A model generated the notes under the pieces. The model was not told the origin of the DNA, did no database searches, and saw only the letters and a program-made list of their open reading frames with translations. 64,000 nt of DNA from Octopus vulgaris (taxonomy: Eukaryota): NCBI GenBank assembly GCA_951406725.2, contig OX597814.1, positions 48,422,001 to 48,486,000 of the forward strand. The letters run 5' to 3'. How positions within the stretch are numbered: position 1 is the stretch's first letter; each line of letters opens with the position of its first letter. The position numbers and the translations under genes are program-made. Positions 15,454-29,249 of this stretch are shown one piece after another.

Positions 15454-15950
15454 TCTACCTATATAAAAGAGGAAAAAAACTTGCACATTTTGGCTTTGGT
15501 AAGGATTCAAGTGCACTAGACGTGCTAGGATCGAGCTGAAAATTTACACCCCTATAGAAGGTGTGGTGTAGTTACGGCCAGAGCAGGTTTCAAGTCTCTA
15601 CCTCGATAGCAAAGGCCCAAAACAATGCATTTTCTGCAAGTGAGTGGATGTCATACACCATTGTCTTGAGTTGTGTTCACTTTGCGTGAATGCAACGGAA
15701 AAATGGGGCGACAACATGTTCAATCTTTGAGTTTTTCGAAAAACAAAATATGAGCATATACGTAGAAAAATTTCCTGAATCGATTGGAGCAAGTCTGAAT
15801 TCTCTAGCCTGAAAAATTCAAATTCTAGCAGTTTTCAGTGTGCCTTTTTAAGGAGTTCCCAGTTGAAAATGGTGTCAAAAAATAGCTCAAAATGAGAGAA
15901 TTGTTTTGCAGACCAAATCGCCTCAAAAATCGAAGGGGAAGTGCTCTTAA
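15454..15950 (+). mobile_element. Probable Helitron-like 5' fragment
   Basis: Starts A|TCTACCTATATAAAAG, CpG-containing body, directly abuts the next Helitron. No separate 3' end seen. Confidence 0.45.
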
Positions 15951-16335
15951 TCTAGATATATAAAGCTGAAGTTGTGTGTGTGTGTGTGTGTGGAAGGTTT
16001 GGTAGCCTTCAGCTAACACTATCTCCTCCGAAACCCTGCTGCGCAAGTTGACCAAAATTGAGAGTATGATAGCAGAAGGCTTGCTCTTCATTCTGTAGAA
16101 GAAAATATTCAAATCGGACCATGTTAAGACCAAAAATTATTTACATCAAAAAGGTGGTATTTTTCTATGAAAATCCCTATTTTTTGACTGATGTGTTGCC
16201 ATTATTCGGTGTATTTCAACGAGAAAAATGTTCAATTAATGCAAAATTGCTACATAATGCAAAATTTTTAATTTTCAAGAATTCCAATTCTAAAGGGCCG
16301 AAACAAACCCAAGCAATGCCAGGCGATACTGCTAG
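15951..16335 (+). mobile_element. Non-autonomous Helitron (copy 2)
   Basis: Homologous to 8721-9110, with TC start and ...GGCGATACTGCTAG|T end. Confidence 0.8.
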
Positions 16336-16391
16336 TATATATATGTATAATATATATATATATATGTATAATATATATATATATATGTATA

Positions 16392-16445
<54 letters not shown>

Positions 16446-16833
16446 TATATTATATATATATATGTATACACAGTATATATATTTATTCATATTTTTATAT
16501 ATGTATATACAGTATATATATTTATTTATATTTTATATATATGTATATATATTTATTTATATTTTTATATATATGTATATACAATATATATATTATTTAT
16601 TTATATTTATATATATGTATATACAATATATATATATTTATTTATATTTTTATATATATGTATATACAATATATATTTATTTATATTTTTATATATATGT
16701 ATATACAATATATATATATTTATTTATATTTTTATATATATGTATATACAATATATATATATTTATTTATATTTTTATATATATGTATATACAATATATA
16801 TATGTATATTTATATTTTTATATATATACATTA

Positions 16834-16865
<32 letters not shown>

Positions 16866-16989
16866 ATATATATACATTATATATATATATTTATATTTAT
16901 ATAATATATATACATTATATATATATATATTTATATCTATATAATATATATACATTATATATATATATTATATTATATAATATATATAC

Positions 16990-17066
<77 letters not shown>

Positions 17067-17068
17067 TA
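16336..17068. repeat. Compound (TA)n minisatellite
   Basis: Degenerate units like tatatgtatatacaatatatatatttatttatattt interspersed with pure TA. Confidence 0.9.
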
Positions 17069-17289
17069 TGCGTTAGGAAGGGCATCCAGCTGTAGAAACA
17101 TTGCCAGATTAGACTGGAGCCTGGTGCAGCCTTCTGGCTTCCCAGAACCCCGGTCGAACCGTCCAACCCATGCTAGCATGGAGAACGGACGTTAAACGAT
17201 GATGATGATGATATATAATACCAGTCGTTCATCGGATAATTACTTTTACTCTTTCTCAGGAGTCACATTCAAAGTATTATTATATATAT

Positions 17290-18625
17290 AATAGATTTCT
17301 CAGCAGGGATTTCAGGGGAGAGTTTCAGGGAGTTGCTGGCGATGTATCGTGATGATCAAAAATCCGGCCTGCTAAAATTTGGTTAAAGTAATTCAAACTG
17401 CAGACTCAACGCAAAATGGTCACATTTAATTCAAAGCATTAAAAATGTTATGAAAACAGTTGGTATGTGTTCACAAAGTCCAAACGATTAATACGAAAAA
17501 ACCCTCCAGGACTAATCGATATGTGCAAGATCATGACTGATTGCTTCCCTGTTTACGTTGTGGAAATCCATAGTGTCAGATGGATGGACAGGAGGGATGA
17601 CATTTGTTTTGCATTTTGGCCAGTGAAATCTCAGATCACAGAGAACCAAGTCATGATCAGTGTGTAGAGTTTTCTCCACTGCAATATTGTGGATAGTGTC
17701 AGTGTGATTGCTGAAAATTAGGTCTAGGACGTTTTTGTGACATCTGGTTGGTTCGAGCACCAGTTGGGACAGGAAGAAATCATCCATGAAGTCAAGAAGC
17801 GATTCCACTGCCTCCATGTCAGAAATTGAGACAGAAGAACTTGGCGGCAGACTGTTTGTAGATCAGTCAACCCTGGGGAAGTTGAAGTTCCCCAACATTA
17901 AGATGTTGTCAGGTTGACACTGCTGGATGAAACACTTTATGTTGTTGGGGCATTCCTTGAAGCATGGTAGGGGCGTTTGGGGTGGTCTGTAGAGCCCAAC
18001 TATTATTAAGTTGTTGGTTTGACTGAATACAGCGACTGCTTCGCAGTATCCATTAGAAAATATGTTCATAGAAAGAATTATGAACATAAATGGCAGTCCT
18101 ACTCCTTCTACTGCCAGCATGAATGGCTTTCAAATTTTTCACTTGGACGAAGAAAGGGATGTGGTTTGGATGGGCATCAACCCAGTCCTCCGGGAATTTT
18201 ATCTTCCATTTTTGAGTATTGGTGGAAGGGCTGATACCTCGGGCATTAAGCAAAAATGTTGAGGTGAGAGTGAATGGTTTTAATTGTTTTAGTGTTTTGT
18301 TTATTTGTTTGCTTTTTAATGGCATGTGCAATGGTGGATTGTGCCTTGTGATAGCTCGGATATTTTTTTCCAGTTCTTTTGCTACATTCATAATAGCCCT
18401 AAAAGAGAAAGAAGTTTCCTGTCAAGGGAACTGTAGGTGACTGTGGTTGTGGTTATTTTTATATGAGTGGTTATTTTTATATGAGTCATAGGTTTTTTTG
18501 TTTTTATTTATATTATCATTTGTCCGATGAGTTTCTGGGAGATGGGTAAAGGGACAATCTCTGTGCAAATACAATCTGCCTCGCTGGGAATAGCTGCAGA
18601 TTTGGGGATTCCTTGTTTGAAATAT
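17290..18625 (-). mobile_element. CR1-like LINE fragment (AP endonuclease region)
   Basis: Minus-strand pieces FLLNARGI, IIVGLYRPP, MLGNFNFP, EPTRCHKNVLDLIFSN and TDHDLV are APE motifs; frameshifted. Confidence 0.8.
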
Positions 18626-18684
18626 TGGTGGTTGTGGTGGTGATGTAATAGAGTATGTATTATGGTGGTGATGTCGCAGTTAGC

Positions 18685-18728
<44 letters not shown>

Positions 18729-18765
18729 CTATCTATTTATCTATCTATATATATATATATATAAT

Positions 18766-18851
<86 letters not shown>

Positions 18852-18860
18852 TATATATTA

Positions 18861-19615
18861 TCTATCATATAAAGTCCGTTTTGTCTGTGTGTGTGTCTTC
18901 TAGGATCTCGGGCATCCTCCATCCGATTGCGCTCAAATTTGATATGCAGATACCGACGGTACCAGGGCGTTTATAAGTCTTGAAAAAATTACAAAAATCG
19001 ATTTTAGGTGAGAATGCGATTGATAAAGCCGGGGGAACATGCATTTGTACACACAAGTACATCAGCTGTTGCGATCAATACTATGCGTACTCGAGAAAAA
19101 TGCACGGGCAATTTGCACAAAAAAAAGCCGAGTGTTGGCTGTTCGAAAAACCTTTTCTACTATGCTCCAGACGGAGTAACAAGGAATGTGGTTTACAAGG
19201 CTGCACTCCACTAGCTTTTCCTTGCCCTTGAACATCCCGTAAAGTAAGTTAGCTTAAAATTAGTTACTTAGTTCCCTAAGTTGTTGCTTTTCATGAAAAA
19301 TCGCCCCAAGTTCATTTCCTACATGTTTTATCGGACAAACTTATTATTGTCCCAGGTATGTTCTCATAAATTCATCATGCTTTTCCATCTAGATTTACCT
19401 CCAGCTAACCCATTTCATGCTTCGTTTTTGTCCTTCTTTTCTTCCGCCAGCCTGTACATAACTGTACCTTCCATTTTTTATTGCTTTTGTACTGCTTTAA
19501 GGCATGTTTCTTTCCTGCCAAGCTTACTGTTTAAACCATGTTTGTGTTCTCCCAGTAAACAGCCATATCATTACTGGAACTTTAAACACTTCGGTTGCAT
19601 ATTTGTGTGAATAAA
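18861..19615 (+). mobile_element. Probable non-autonomous Helitron-like element
   Basis: A|TCTATCATATAAAG start followed by GT/GTCT repeats and a CpG-rich body; 3' end not resolved. Confidence 0.45.
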
Positions 19616-19619
19616 ATCG

Positions 19620-21035
19620 TTTTTCTTTGCAAGAAAGCTCTGGAAGAGAACCTGGAGTGGTTTTGCCAGGGCATGCTTACATGATTTGAGGAGGATTGCT
19701 GGGAGACCATCAGAACCAGCAGTTGAGTTTGCGTCCAGCTCATCTATGGCTAGTAGTATATCTTCTTCACTAATGTTGATGTATTCCATTGTAACTGACT
19801 CACTGGTTATAGTTGAGGTGGCAAAGAAGTCCACTGGTTCATTCACTTGTCTGCGCTCCAACGGAGTGGTAAAGACACTTTTGAACTGGTCATTCAGTAC
19901 CTCACTGATCCTGGTTGGACTGGCTGTGAGGGAGCCATCTTTTGCAGCGTACTGAGTCTGTTTCTTTCGTGTAATGAAAGAATGCCTTTTGGTTTGACTT
20001 AATGCTTTTTATAACCCAGGCTTCTTTGTCTGCTCTTTCCCTCACATAGGATTGTTGCAACCTTTTTTCAATCTCCATCAGTGTTGTTTTTAGGTGGGAA
20101 CTTTCGCTACTTTTGGGATGTTGGTTGAATCAATTTACAACCTTTGTCCATCTTCTTTTGAGGATCTTCCTCTCCCTTGGAATGTTGTTCCTATTGGTTT
20201 TGGCCTTGTGCTCGGGACATATTTGTGGCATACGGCTTGCACAACAGACATGAAACATTCTAGTTTCATGCCAATGTCTGGTGTGGAGATATATTTCGGC
20301 CAGTCTTCTCTGAGGATCTCTTTTTGGATTGATTTCCAATCTGCTTTGTGGAAGTTCAGATTGGAGAGTTTTCGGGTGCTTCCTTTAGGCTGTATGTCTC
20401 TGGTTACTTTCGACCCAAACATAGACAGCTCTATTATGTTGTGATCCATGACTAATGTCGGCATCACTTTCACATCATGAATGATGTCCATATTGTTCAT
20501 GAAGCAGAGATCCAAAATGTTTTTCACCCTAGCTGGTCTGAGTATAGCTTTCTCCATGAATAGGGCAATGGTGAGGTTGAGCAGGGACTCCACCTGTGCT
20601 TGCTTGCAATGAGTCATTCCTGAGAGCATGCAACCTTTGGGCCATTTGATGTTGGGGAAGTTGAAACCACCCATAAGAAATATGCTCATGTGGTGTTCCA
20701 GTTTCATGAGGATTTCTTTAATTCTTGTGAGGCAATCTCCAAATTTGCCTATGTTTGTTGGAGCATCCGGTGGACAATATGTATTGCATATGACTATATT
20801 GTGTTGTCTTATGTGACACAATTAGAGTGTCACATACTAAATTTGAGTATGACAGTAAGACCTTTCATATATTTTATCCTTAGAGATGTTTGTTGTCTTT
20901 TCTCAGAGAAGTTTTTCTCCTTAAAGCCCCTGTAGTTTTGGCAGGGTCTCTGGTGAGCAAACCAGCAGTTTTTGCTGTCTTCCTCATGCCAACATTTGCC
21001 CTGCAGGTAAAATCTGCAGGTCCTTGAGTGCCTTT
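19620..21035 (-). mobile_element. CR1-clade LINE fragment (CCCH finger, AP endonuclease, start of RT)
   Basis: ICNTYCPPD, FLMGGFNFP, NILDLCF, DHNIIE, NFHKADW and STAGSDGLPAILLKSC. Homologous to 37350-37895. Confidence 0.85.
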
Positions 21036-21037
21036 CA

Positions 21038-21075
<38 letters not shown>

Positions 21076-21104
21076 GATGTTATATATATATATATATACG
21101 ATGT

Positions 21105-21142
<38 letters not shown>

Positions 21143-21261
21143 ATTATATACAATATAACGGTGGTGCATAAGTATGGCCGCAGCTCTGAGCTGAAACTAG
21201 AGGAAAAAAAAAGTATATATTATATTATACATATATTATATAGTATATATATATATTATAT

Positions 21262-21469
21262 ACTCTTTTACTTGTTTCAGTCATGTGACTGTGGCCATGC
21301 TGGAGCACCACATTTAGTTGAGCAAATCAACCCCAGGACTTATTCTTTGTAAGCCTAGTACTTATTCTGTCAGGCTCGTTTGCCGAACCGCTAAGTTACG
21401 GTGATGTAAACACACCAACATCGGTAGTCAAGCGATGTTGGGGGCACAAACACAGACACACAAACATAA

Positions 21470-21517
<48 letters not shown>

Positions 21518-21632
21518 GATGGCCTTCTTCCAGTTTCCGTTTCACAAGGCTATGGTAGAAGACACTTGCCCATGAAACCGGAAACATTGGGTTTGTAAGC
21601 AAGCTACTTTCCACTCAGCCACTCCTACGCCT
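21262..21632 (-). mobile_element. SINE family A copy (internally deleted head)
   Basis: Matches the family A tail and partial head. Confidence 0.8.
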
Positions 21633-21810
21633 ATATACTAAATATTATATATATGTTATATATATATATATTATATATTACATAGTATATATATTATACA
21701 TATATATATAGATATATATATTATATACTATATATTATATCATGTATATATTATATAGTATATATATATTATTTACAACATTATATTATATATATTATAT
21801 ATATTATATT

Positions 21811-23048
21811 ATCATCATCATCTTCATTGTTTAATGTCTGCTTTCCATGCTAGCATGGATTGGACAATTTGACTGAGGAATGGTGAACCAGATGGCTGCA
21901 CCAGGCTCCAATCTGATCTGGCAGAGTTTCTACAGCTGGATACCCTTCCTAACGTCAACCACTCCGAGAGTGTAGTGGGTGCTTTTACGTCCCACGAGGG
22001 CCAGTCAGGCTGTACTGGCAATGGCCACGCTCAAATGTTTTTTCACGTGCTACCAGCACAAGTGCCAGTAAGGTGACACTGGTAATGATCATGCTCGAAC
22101 GGTGCTTTTTATGTGCCACTGGCACCGAAGCCAGTTTGTTGCTCTGGCAACGATCACGCTCAGATGGTACCCTTAGTGCTCCACTAGCACAAATGCCAGT
22201 CATCGAATTTGATTTTGATTTCACTTGCCTTAACAGGTCTTCACAAGTAGAGTTTAGTGTCCAATGAAGGAAAGGTACTCATATGCTGGCTGGTTACACA
22301 CCTGGCATAGGCCACGAGGTTACGGTCTCACTTGGCTTGCATATTTCCAAAGGTCCCAGTCACTAGGTGAGGTCTAATGTCCCTATCACTTGGTGAGGCC
22401 GAATGTTCGGTTATGCTTCACCACCTCATCCCAGGTTTTCCTGGGTCTACCTCTTCCACAGGTTCCCTCAACCGCTAGAGTGTGGCACATTTTCACACAC
22501 CTATCCTCATCCATTCTCGCCACATGGCCATACCAGCACAGTCATCTCTCTTGCATACCACATCTGATGCTTCTTAGGTCCAACTTTTCTCTCAAGTTAC
22601 TTACACTCTGTCGAGTATGCACACTGACATTACACATCCATCGGAGCATACTGGCTTCATTCCTTGTGAGCTTATACATGTGCTCAGCAGTCATGGCCCA
22701 TGTTTCAATGCCATGTAGCATGGCTGTTCGTACACACGTGTCATACAGTCTACCTTTTACTCTGAGCGAGAGGCCCTTTGTCACCAGCAGAGGTAAGAGC
22801 TCTCTGAACTATGCTATTCTTATTCTAGCAGCTACACTTTCAGCGCACCCTCCCCTGCTACTGACTTGGTCACCTAGGTAACGGAAGCTATCAACTAATT
22901 CTAGTTTTTCTCCCTGGAATATGGCAGAAGCTGTTCTCTGCACATTTTCAGTGTTTGAGCATCTGCCACATACAAAAATTATCTTCCCAGTTAGCTTTCC
23001 TTTGATATTGCTGCACCCCTTATTCGTCCATAGCTTACACTGAGTACA
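21811..23048 (-). mobile_element. 5'-truncated RTE-clade LINE
   Basis: ORF 22542-22784(-) KGRLYDTCVRTAMLHGIETW...EASMLRWMCNVS; same family as 11078-12157. Confidence 0.85.
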
Positions 23049-23141
23049 TATTTATATATATATTATATTATATATATATGCATATTATATTATATATATT
23101 ATATGTATATTAAATTTTATATATTATACAATATATATTAT

Positions 23142-23185
<44 letters not shown>

Positions 23186-23236
23186 ATGATATGCATGTTA
23201 TATGTCTATATATATATATATATATATACATACATG

Positions 23237-23267
<31 letters not shown>

Positions 23268-26199
23268 CATCGTTTAACGTCTGCTTCAAATCTAGCATCG
23301 GTGGGACTGCACCAAATGCATACATGTATATACACATGTACATACACATACTCTACATCACAACGCTTATATCTGTTCATTGTAAACCTTAAATCTGTGC
23401 AATATTATGCACCCGCTAACTCCCAGTAGAGGTGTTTCTGTCTTCTTAGCTACTTGCTGACCTTGTCAGTGTTGATGTCATTTAAAAAGTTCTGGTACCA
23501 CATAAAAAGCACTCACTGTGAAAAATGTTTGACATGAGGAAGAGCATCCTGCTGCAGAGATCATGTCAAAGCAGAAAATGGAACCTGGCCCTTCCAGCTT
23601 CTGTCAAACTGTCTAACCCATGCCAGCATGGAAAACTGACATGAAATGTTGATGATGCTGATACACAATGAGATTCTTTTAGCTTTCGTTAACTAAATTC
23701 ACTCTTTGGTTGGCCCTGTGTTATAATAGAAAAGACTTGCCCAAGATGCTGTGCAGTGGTTCTGAGTGTAGTTGCAAATACATCCTAAAGTAATATTGAT
23801 TTCATATGCTGGCTCAAGGCCACAATTTTAGTGGAAGAATATAGTTAATTAAATAGGATACACATACTTGACTGGTACTTTATTATATTAACTCTGAAAG
23901 ATTAAAGGTAAACTTGACCTTGGTGAAATAAAATAGTATTAGTGGTTGTATGGAAGTTATTCATCTTATGTGCCTATTCCGCCTACATGCCTAAAAAATT
24001 AGTTGATAGTTTGTTTATCTGATGAAATGTTATTTAACAATTCATGTCTTTGTAATGTTATATATATATTTTGGTTAAAAGTTTTTTCATTTATATATCT
24101 TGATTTATTTATTCTATTAATGGTAAACTAGCTGATCTTGTAGCCAGTGTGGCTTGTGTTTCAGACTGACTGGGTCAGTGTTGCCGATTCTATATATTTC
24201 CTAAGTACAAGTTAATGTAATATAACATAGTTTAATTATATTAGTATTATCACAGAGTGTTCTGTTTAATTAAAGTATAGTTTTTCTTGGAGGATAAATA
24301 TAACAATGCATAATGATTTATTCTGAAATTTTATCTGTTCTGGTGATGTCACATGTAAATCATTGTTGCAAATATTGTTGTGATCTGAGTATCTCAAATC
24401 TACACTGTTCTCGAGTGTAATTCTAAACCACAGGTCACAAGGTATTATTTTAAAAGAGGTTTTCTTCGCTAGCAATTTTAAGGTGATAATCACTAGTGTT
24501 TAGTGTCTGCAGATGTAAACAGAAAGTGTATTGTCTTTTCATTGTGTTATTCTTAACATGAACAAGAGGTATGTTTTCTACTTCAGTAGATCTGAAGTAT
24601 CCCATTAACTTAATTAAAATGGGGACTACATGTTTATGTTTTAAACTTTAGAATAATATACCCATACACAGTAGAGCAATGGTTAAAAACAGTTAATTGA
24701 ATCGACTGTTTCTGTGTGATCGATCTACTTGAAACAGAGTTGTGTGGAATTGTCCAATTAGAACTGCTAATAAGAGGATCAGCTTTCAGGTAATCACTTT
24801 CATTGTTTATGATATAGCTTCGTAGAAATTTCCAGCATAATATTGTGTAGTATAATATGGCTATATTATTTTTACTTTTTCAAGATTTATGACTGTTTAT
24901 TGTGTTAGATTGTATTTCAGCATCTATTTCTTATAACTTTTATATCATGTATTCTGCTAGTGTCCTTTTCATATACTCTGTGCATAATTCATTATGATTT
25001 TTGTATTTGATTCATCTTCTATTTTGTGTTCAGCTTATCTAGTATTAGGTAACTGAATCATCTTCTATTCTCTAACTGACCAAACTTGTATTTTATATCA
25101 GATCCACTTTATATTCTGTATCCAAATCATGCTACACATGGCCAGTCATGCTTCATATATACTTGATTTAGTGTATTGTTATTTTTCAGTTCATAATTTT
25201 CTGTTGCATTAGCAATTTCCTATTGAAAGGAAGTTCTCAGTTAACTCAAATGCTATTTTTTTTTTGTTTAAAATTAGATAGTTTTATGGCATACATTTAG
25301 CTTGGAATTTTGTAGTGTGAAGTGGATGTAAGATAAATCTCTTCTTGGATAGGCTGCCATTTTATCTTTGTCAATATTGCCAGAAGAACTGATACTTTAT
25401 TCCCTGCAGCTAATTGAAATGAAACAGTCTGCCGTAGATATTGACTCTTGACTAATAACTTCTGAGCCAACAAAGAAGGTTTGATGTAGTTACTTGACCT
25501 GCTAAAAATAGCAGACATATTTTCTCTGAATCATTCCTTTTGATATGAAAAAAATAAAATGAAGGACACTTTATATAATATCTGAAAACAGACAATCTCC
25601 TTGATCATAGCTAACTAAGGCTAAACTACTGCTATTTTGTTTATTTTGTTCATGCTATGCCTATTCACTTTATCTAATTAATACCATATAGTCAATTAAA
25701 TTGATGTCAGTATATTTATGGTATTTTTTTTATTGATTTGGAAGTGGCTATGAGCAAAGTTATCCTCAGTAAAATTTGAGCCCAGAACAAGTTAAATTCT
25801 GTAAAGCATTGGTGCTCTACAATCTTTACCAAATCCACTGGCATTCTTATATTTCTAACAATGATTTTCTATGTAAGGGAAGTGATTAGCACTACCCCTG
25901 CATGAATACAGCAAGTCCAAATGATTTTCTGTATTTAGATACATCACTTTACAATCTGGTTTCAAATCTCACTGAACTCAACTTTGGTTTTCATCCCTCC
26001 AGAAGTCAGTAAAATATGTCCCAGTTAATTACTGAGGTGGATTTAATTTATAACATTTAAAAAAAATTGTGAGCTTGTTGTATATATTAGAAATCAATTA
26101 TGATTTATTACATGGACAAACAGATAATTATTGAAGGGAAAGATCTTAGGGTTGACAAAGTCAATACAATATATGTTGGCTAATATAATCTGTCAGGAA

Positions 26200-26555
26200 G
26201 GAGAGAAAAGATTTGGACTTGAAACAACAGGGAGTGGAGAATCATCGGTAATGGGTGGACCATCGAGGAGAGAAAGACTTATCGCAAAGATATGAGAAGT
26301 GAAGAAAAAACTCAGAACCAGATGGAGGGATGCAAAGGAGGAGGAAAGAGAAGGGTTAAAACAGCTATATGAAGAGATAAAAAAGAGGCATCGAGAACAA
26401 CTAAGAAAAGAAAGAAGGAAGAACAGAAGAAAGGAGAGAGAAAAGAAGTATTGTAGTTTTGTAAACAACCCATGCCAATATGCGAAACGTTTGTTTACTG
26501 AAAGTAAGATTGGAAGATCGGATTGTACTAAAGAAGAGCTTGAACACCATCTTAA
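26200..26555 (+). mobile_element. Fragment of an RLE-type non-LTR retrotransposon (Hero/R2-group-like, pre-RT region)
   Basis: Basic helical segment followed by FVNNPCQYAKRLF...G..DCTKEELEHHLK resembles, by recall, the region upstream of RT in Hero-like elements. No splice context; truncated by a SINE. Confidence 0.5.
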
Positions 26556-26707
26556 AGGATTTATTCTTTGTAAACCTAGTACTTATTCTATTGGTTCTTT
26601 TGCTGAAGTGCTAAGTTACATGGATGCAAACACACCAGCATCTGTTGTCAAGCAATGGTGGGAGGACAAACACAAAAACACAAACATTTACACACACACA
26701 CACACAC

Positions 26708-26742
<35 letters not shown>

Positions 26743-26900
26743 GACAGGCTTCTTTCATTTTCTATCTACCAAATTCATTCACAAGGCTTTGGTCAGCCTG
26801 AGGCTATAGTAGAAGACACTTGCCCAAAGTGCCATGCAGTGGGACTGAACTCGAAACCATGTGGTTTGTAAGCAAGCTACTTACCACACAGCCACTTTTG
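26556..26900 (-). mobile_element. SINE family A copy
   Basis: Matches the other copies; tail truncated. Confidence 0.8.
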
Positions 26901-27811
26901 CATGTATATATTTTTTATTAATATTTAGCAGAAGCAACAGAGTGACTCAAGCACCAACAGTTTTGTGCATTGGCACTTATCAAACTTGTTTGGTAAGTAT
27001 CAACACATGACACTCTTGGCTCTTGAATCACTCTGTTGCTTCTGCCAAATATTGATGCAAAATATACATATATACACACACACTCTCTCTCTCCTCCTCT
27101 CTCTCCTCTTTTCTCTCTCATCCTCTCTTCCTCTCTCCTCCTCTCTCTCACCTCTCCCTCCTCCTCCTCCTCTCTCTCTCTCTCTCTCCCTCCACCTCTC
27201 TCTCCTTATAGCACTTTGCTCCTGTAACTATGTTTTCCCCATCATGCTAATAGTCATTTTTTAAAATTCATTCTCTTGGCCACATTTACTCGTACAAACA
27301 AAGATTATATAGAGTAGAGTAGGCTTTTCAGTCTTGCTGAGGACATGGCAACCTCTCTACTGCTGATCCCATGAGAAAATACATCCAGGACACTTTGATA
27401 AGGGGGTTGGTGTAAGGAAGGGTGTTCAGCTGTAGAAATCATACCAAAATTTGAACAGACACACATCTAAGGGAGAAGTAATTTTGAATAAGAGCTGATT
27501 TGGACTGTGCTGACTGTTCACCTTGTGCCAATATGTTAAGTGGAAGTACAATGATGAGCATGATGATAATACAATGGGTTTCTATGCAGTTTCTGTCTTC
27601 TCAAATTTCACTTAGAAAGTCACCTTGAGGCTATGGTGGAAGATGTAGGCTCAAGTTGTTGCACAGTAGGATCAAGCCCAAACCCTGTTGTTGCAGAATT
27701 AACTTTTTAACCACACAACCACATCTGCAGATATACTCTCATACTCTTCCAACTTATTTGTAACCACACACATATACATATGTACATTGACGTCATAGTG
27801 TTCCTGCTATA

Positions 27812-27895
<84 letters not shown>

Positions 27896-27896
<1 letters not shown>

Positions 27897-28180
27897 GAGG
27901 TGCAATGGCCCAGTGGTTAGAGCACCGGACTCGCGGTCGTAGGATCGCGGTTTCGGTTCCCAGACCGGGCGTTGTGAGTGTTTATTGAGCGAAAACACCT
28001 AAAAGCTCCACGAGGCTCCGGCAAGGGGCGGTGATCTCTGCTGTACTCTTTCACCACTCTTTCTCCCACTCTTTCGTCTGTTGGCCTGCTCGCTTAGCCA
28101 GCAGGATGGCGTCATTCGAAGGCTTAAACAATGCGAATGCATTGTGACACTACATCTGATGAACTGGTCGATCACGTGAT
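27896..28180 (+). mobile_element. tRNA-derived SINE family B
   Basis: Head GGTGCAATGGCCCAGTGGTTAGAGCACCGGACTCGCGGTCGTAGGATCGCGGTTTCGGTTCCC with A/B boxes, a tRNA-unrelated body, and insertion within (TA)n. Confidence 0.75.
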
Positions 28181-28406
28181 ATATATATATATATAGTGTT
28201 ACATGTTACAGTGTAGAATGTCATCTGTCAGGCCATTTGTACTATAATGTATGATCTACCTGAATATTTTTATTCTGACAGGTGGTCTGTTTAGGATGTT
28301 TTACACAGCAACATGATAAAAAAAAAGCCAAAAAGATCCCCAAAAAGCAAAACAAAGGGTGATACATTATTATGTCGTAAATTTTGTATAATATCTCATT
28401 ATTTAC

Positions 28407-28564
28407 AGGCGTGGCTGTGCAGTAAGAAGTTTGTTTTCCAACCACATGGTTCTGGGTTCAGTCCCACTGCATGACACCTAGGGCAAGTGTCTTCTACTAT
28501 AGCTCCAGGCCAACCAAAGCCTTGTGAGTGGATTTGGTAGACAGAATCTGAAGAAAGACCATCA

Positions 28565-28597
<33 letters not shown>

Positions 28598-28885
28598 GTG
28601 TGTGTGTATGTGTGTGTGTATGTGTGTGCATGTGTGTGCTAGCATGTGTGTATGACTGCCTCCTTGCCTTGACATTGCAAGAAAGTTATGAGTGTCACCA
28701 TCATGCAAACAGTATCTTTCATTTCCAATCTTCTGTGCAAATATGTTTGACTATGGGCAAACGTTACCTTATTTGGAACAGGTGAGGGTTGGTGACAGGA
28801 AGGGCATTCAGCCACGGAAAACCTGCCTCAGCAAATCCTGTCCAATTTTAAAACAACACTGATGATGATGATGATGAAGATGATG
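28407..28885 (+). mobile_element. SINE with family A head and RTE-type tail
   Basis: Head GGCGTGGCTGTG...GGTTCAGTCCCACTG, then (TG)n, then GGTTGGTGACAGGAAGGGCATTCAGCC and a (GAT)n end. Confidence 0.7.
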
Positions 28886-29249
28886 AAATTCTTTGACACT
28901 GAGTGAAACCTTTTTAACAAAGATGATACAGCTGTAGAAATATTTCAAAATTATCATCATCGTTGTTTCTTTAACACTCACTTCTTCCATTCTAGCATAG
29001 GCACAATGAGATCTGTTAAGGCAGTCTTCTTGTTGCCAATCCTTATTTGTTTTCAAGTAAAGTACTAATTTGTCTGGTCTGCCAAATAGCAAACCAATCA
29101 ACAACCAGACATATTTTAGCTGCAGATGTAGACAATGACACAGTGATATTGTTTTCCTGTGTAACCTGTAAACAATTTCAAGACACAAAGTTGAAAGACA
29201 CACACACATCTATGTACCTTCCATATATATATATATGCATGTATGTATA

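Noticed and set aside
26299-26871. 190-aa ORF with a charged helix as a possible host exon
   Set aside because: It reads through into a SINE and microsatellite, has no convincing splice sites, and resembles a retrotransposon fragment.
27896-27975. tRNA gene
   Set aside because: The cloverleaf is imperfect and continues into a SINE body, so it is a tRNA-derived SINE head.
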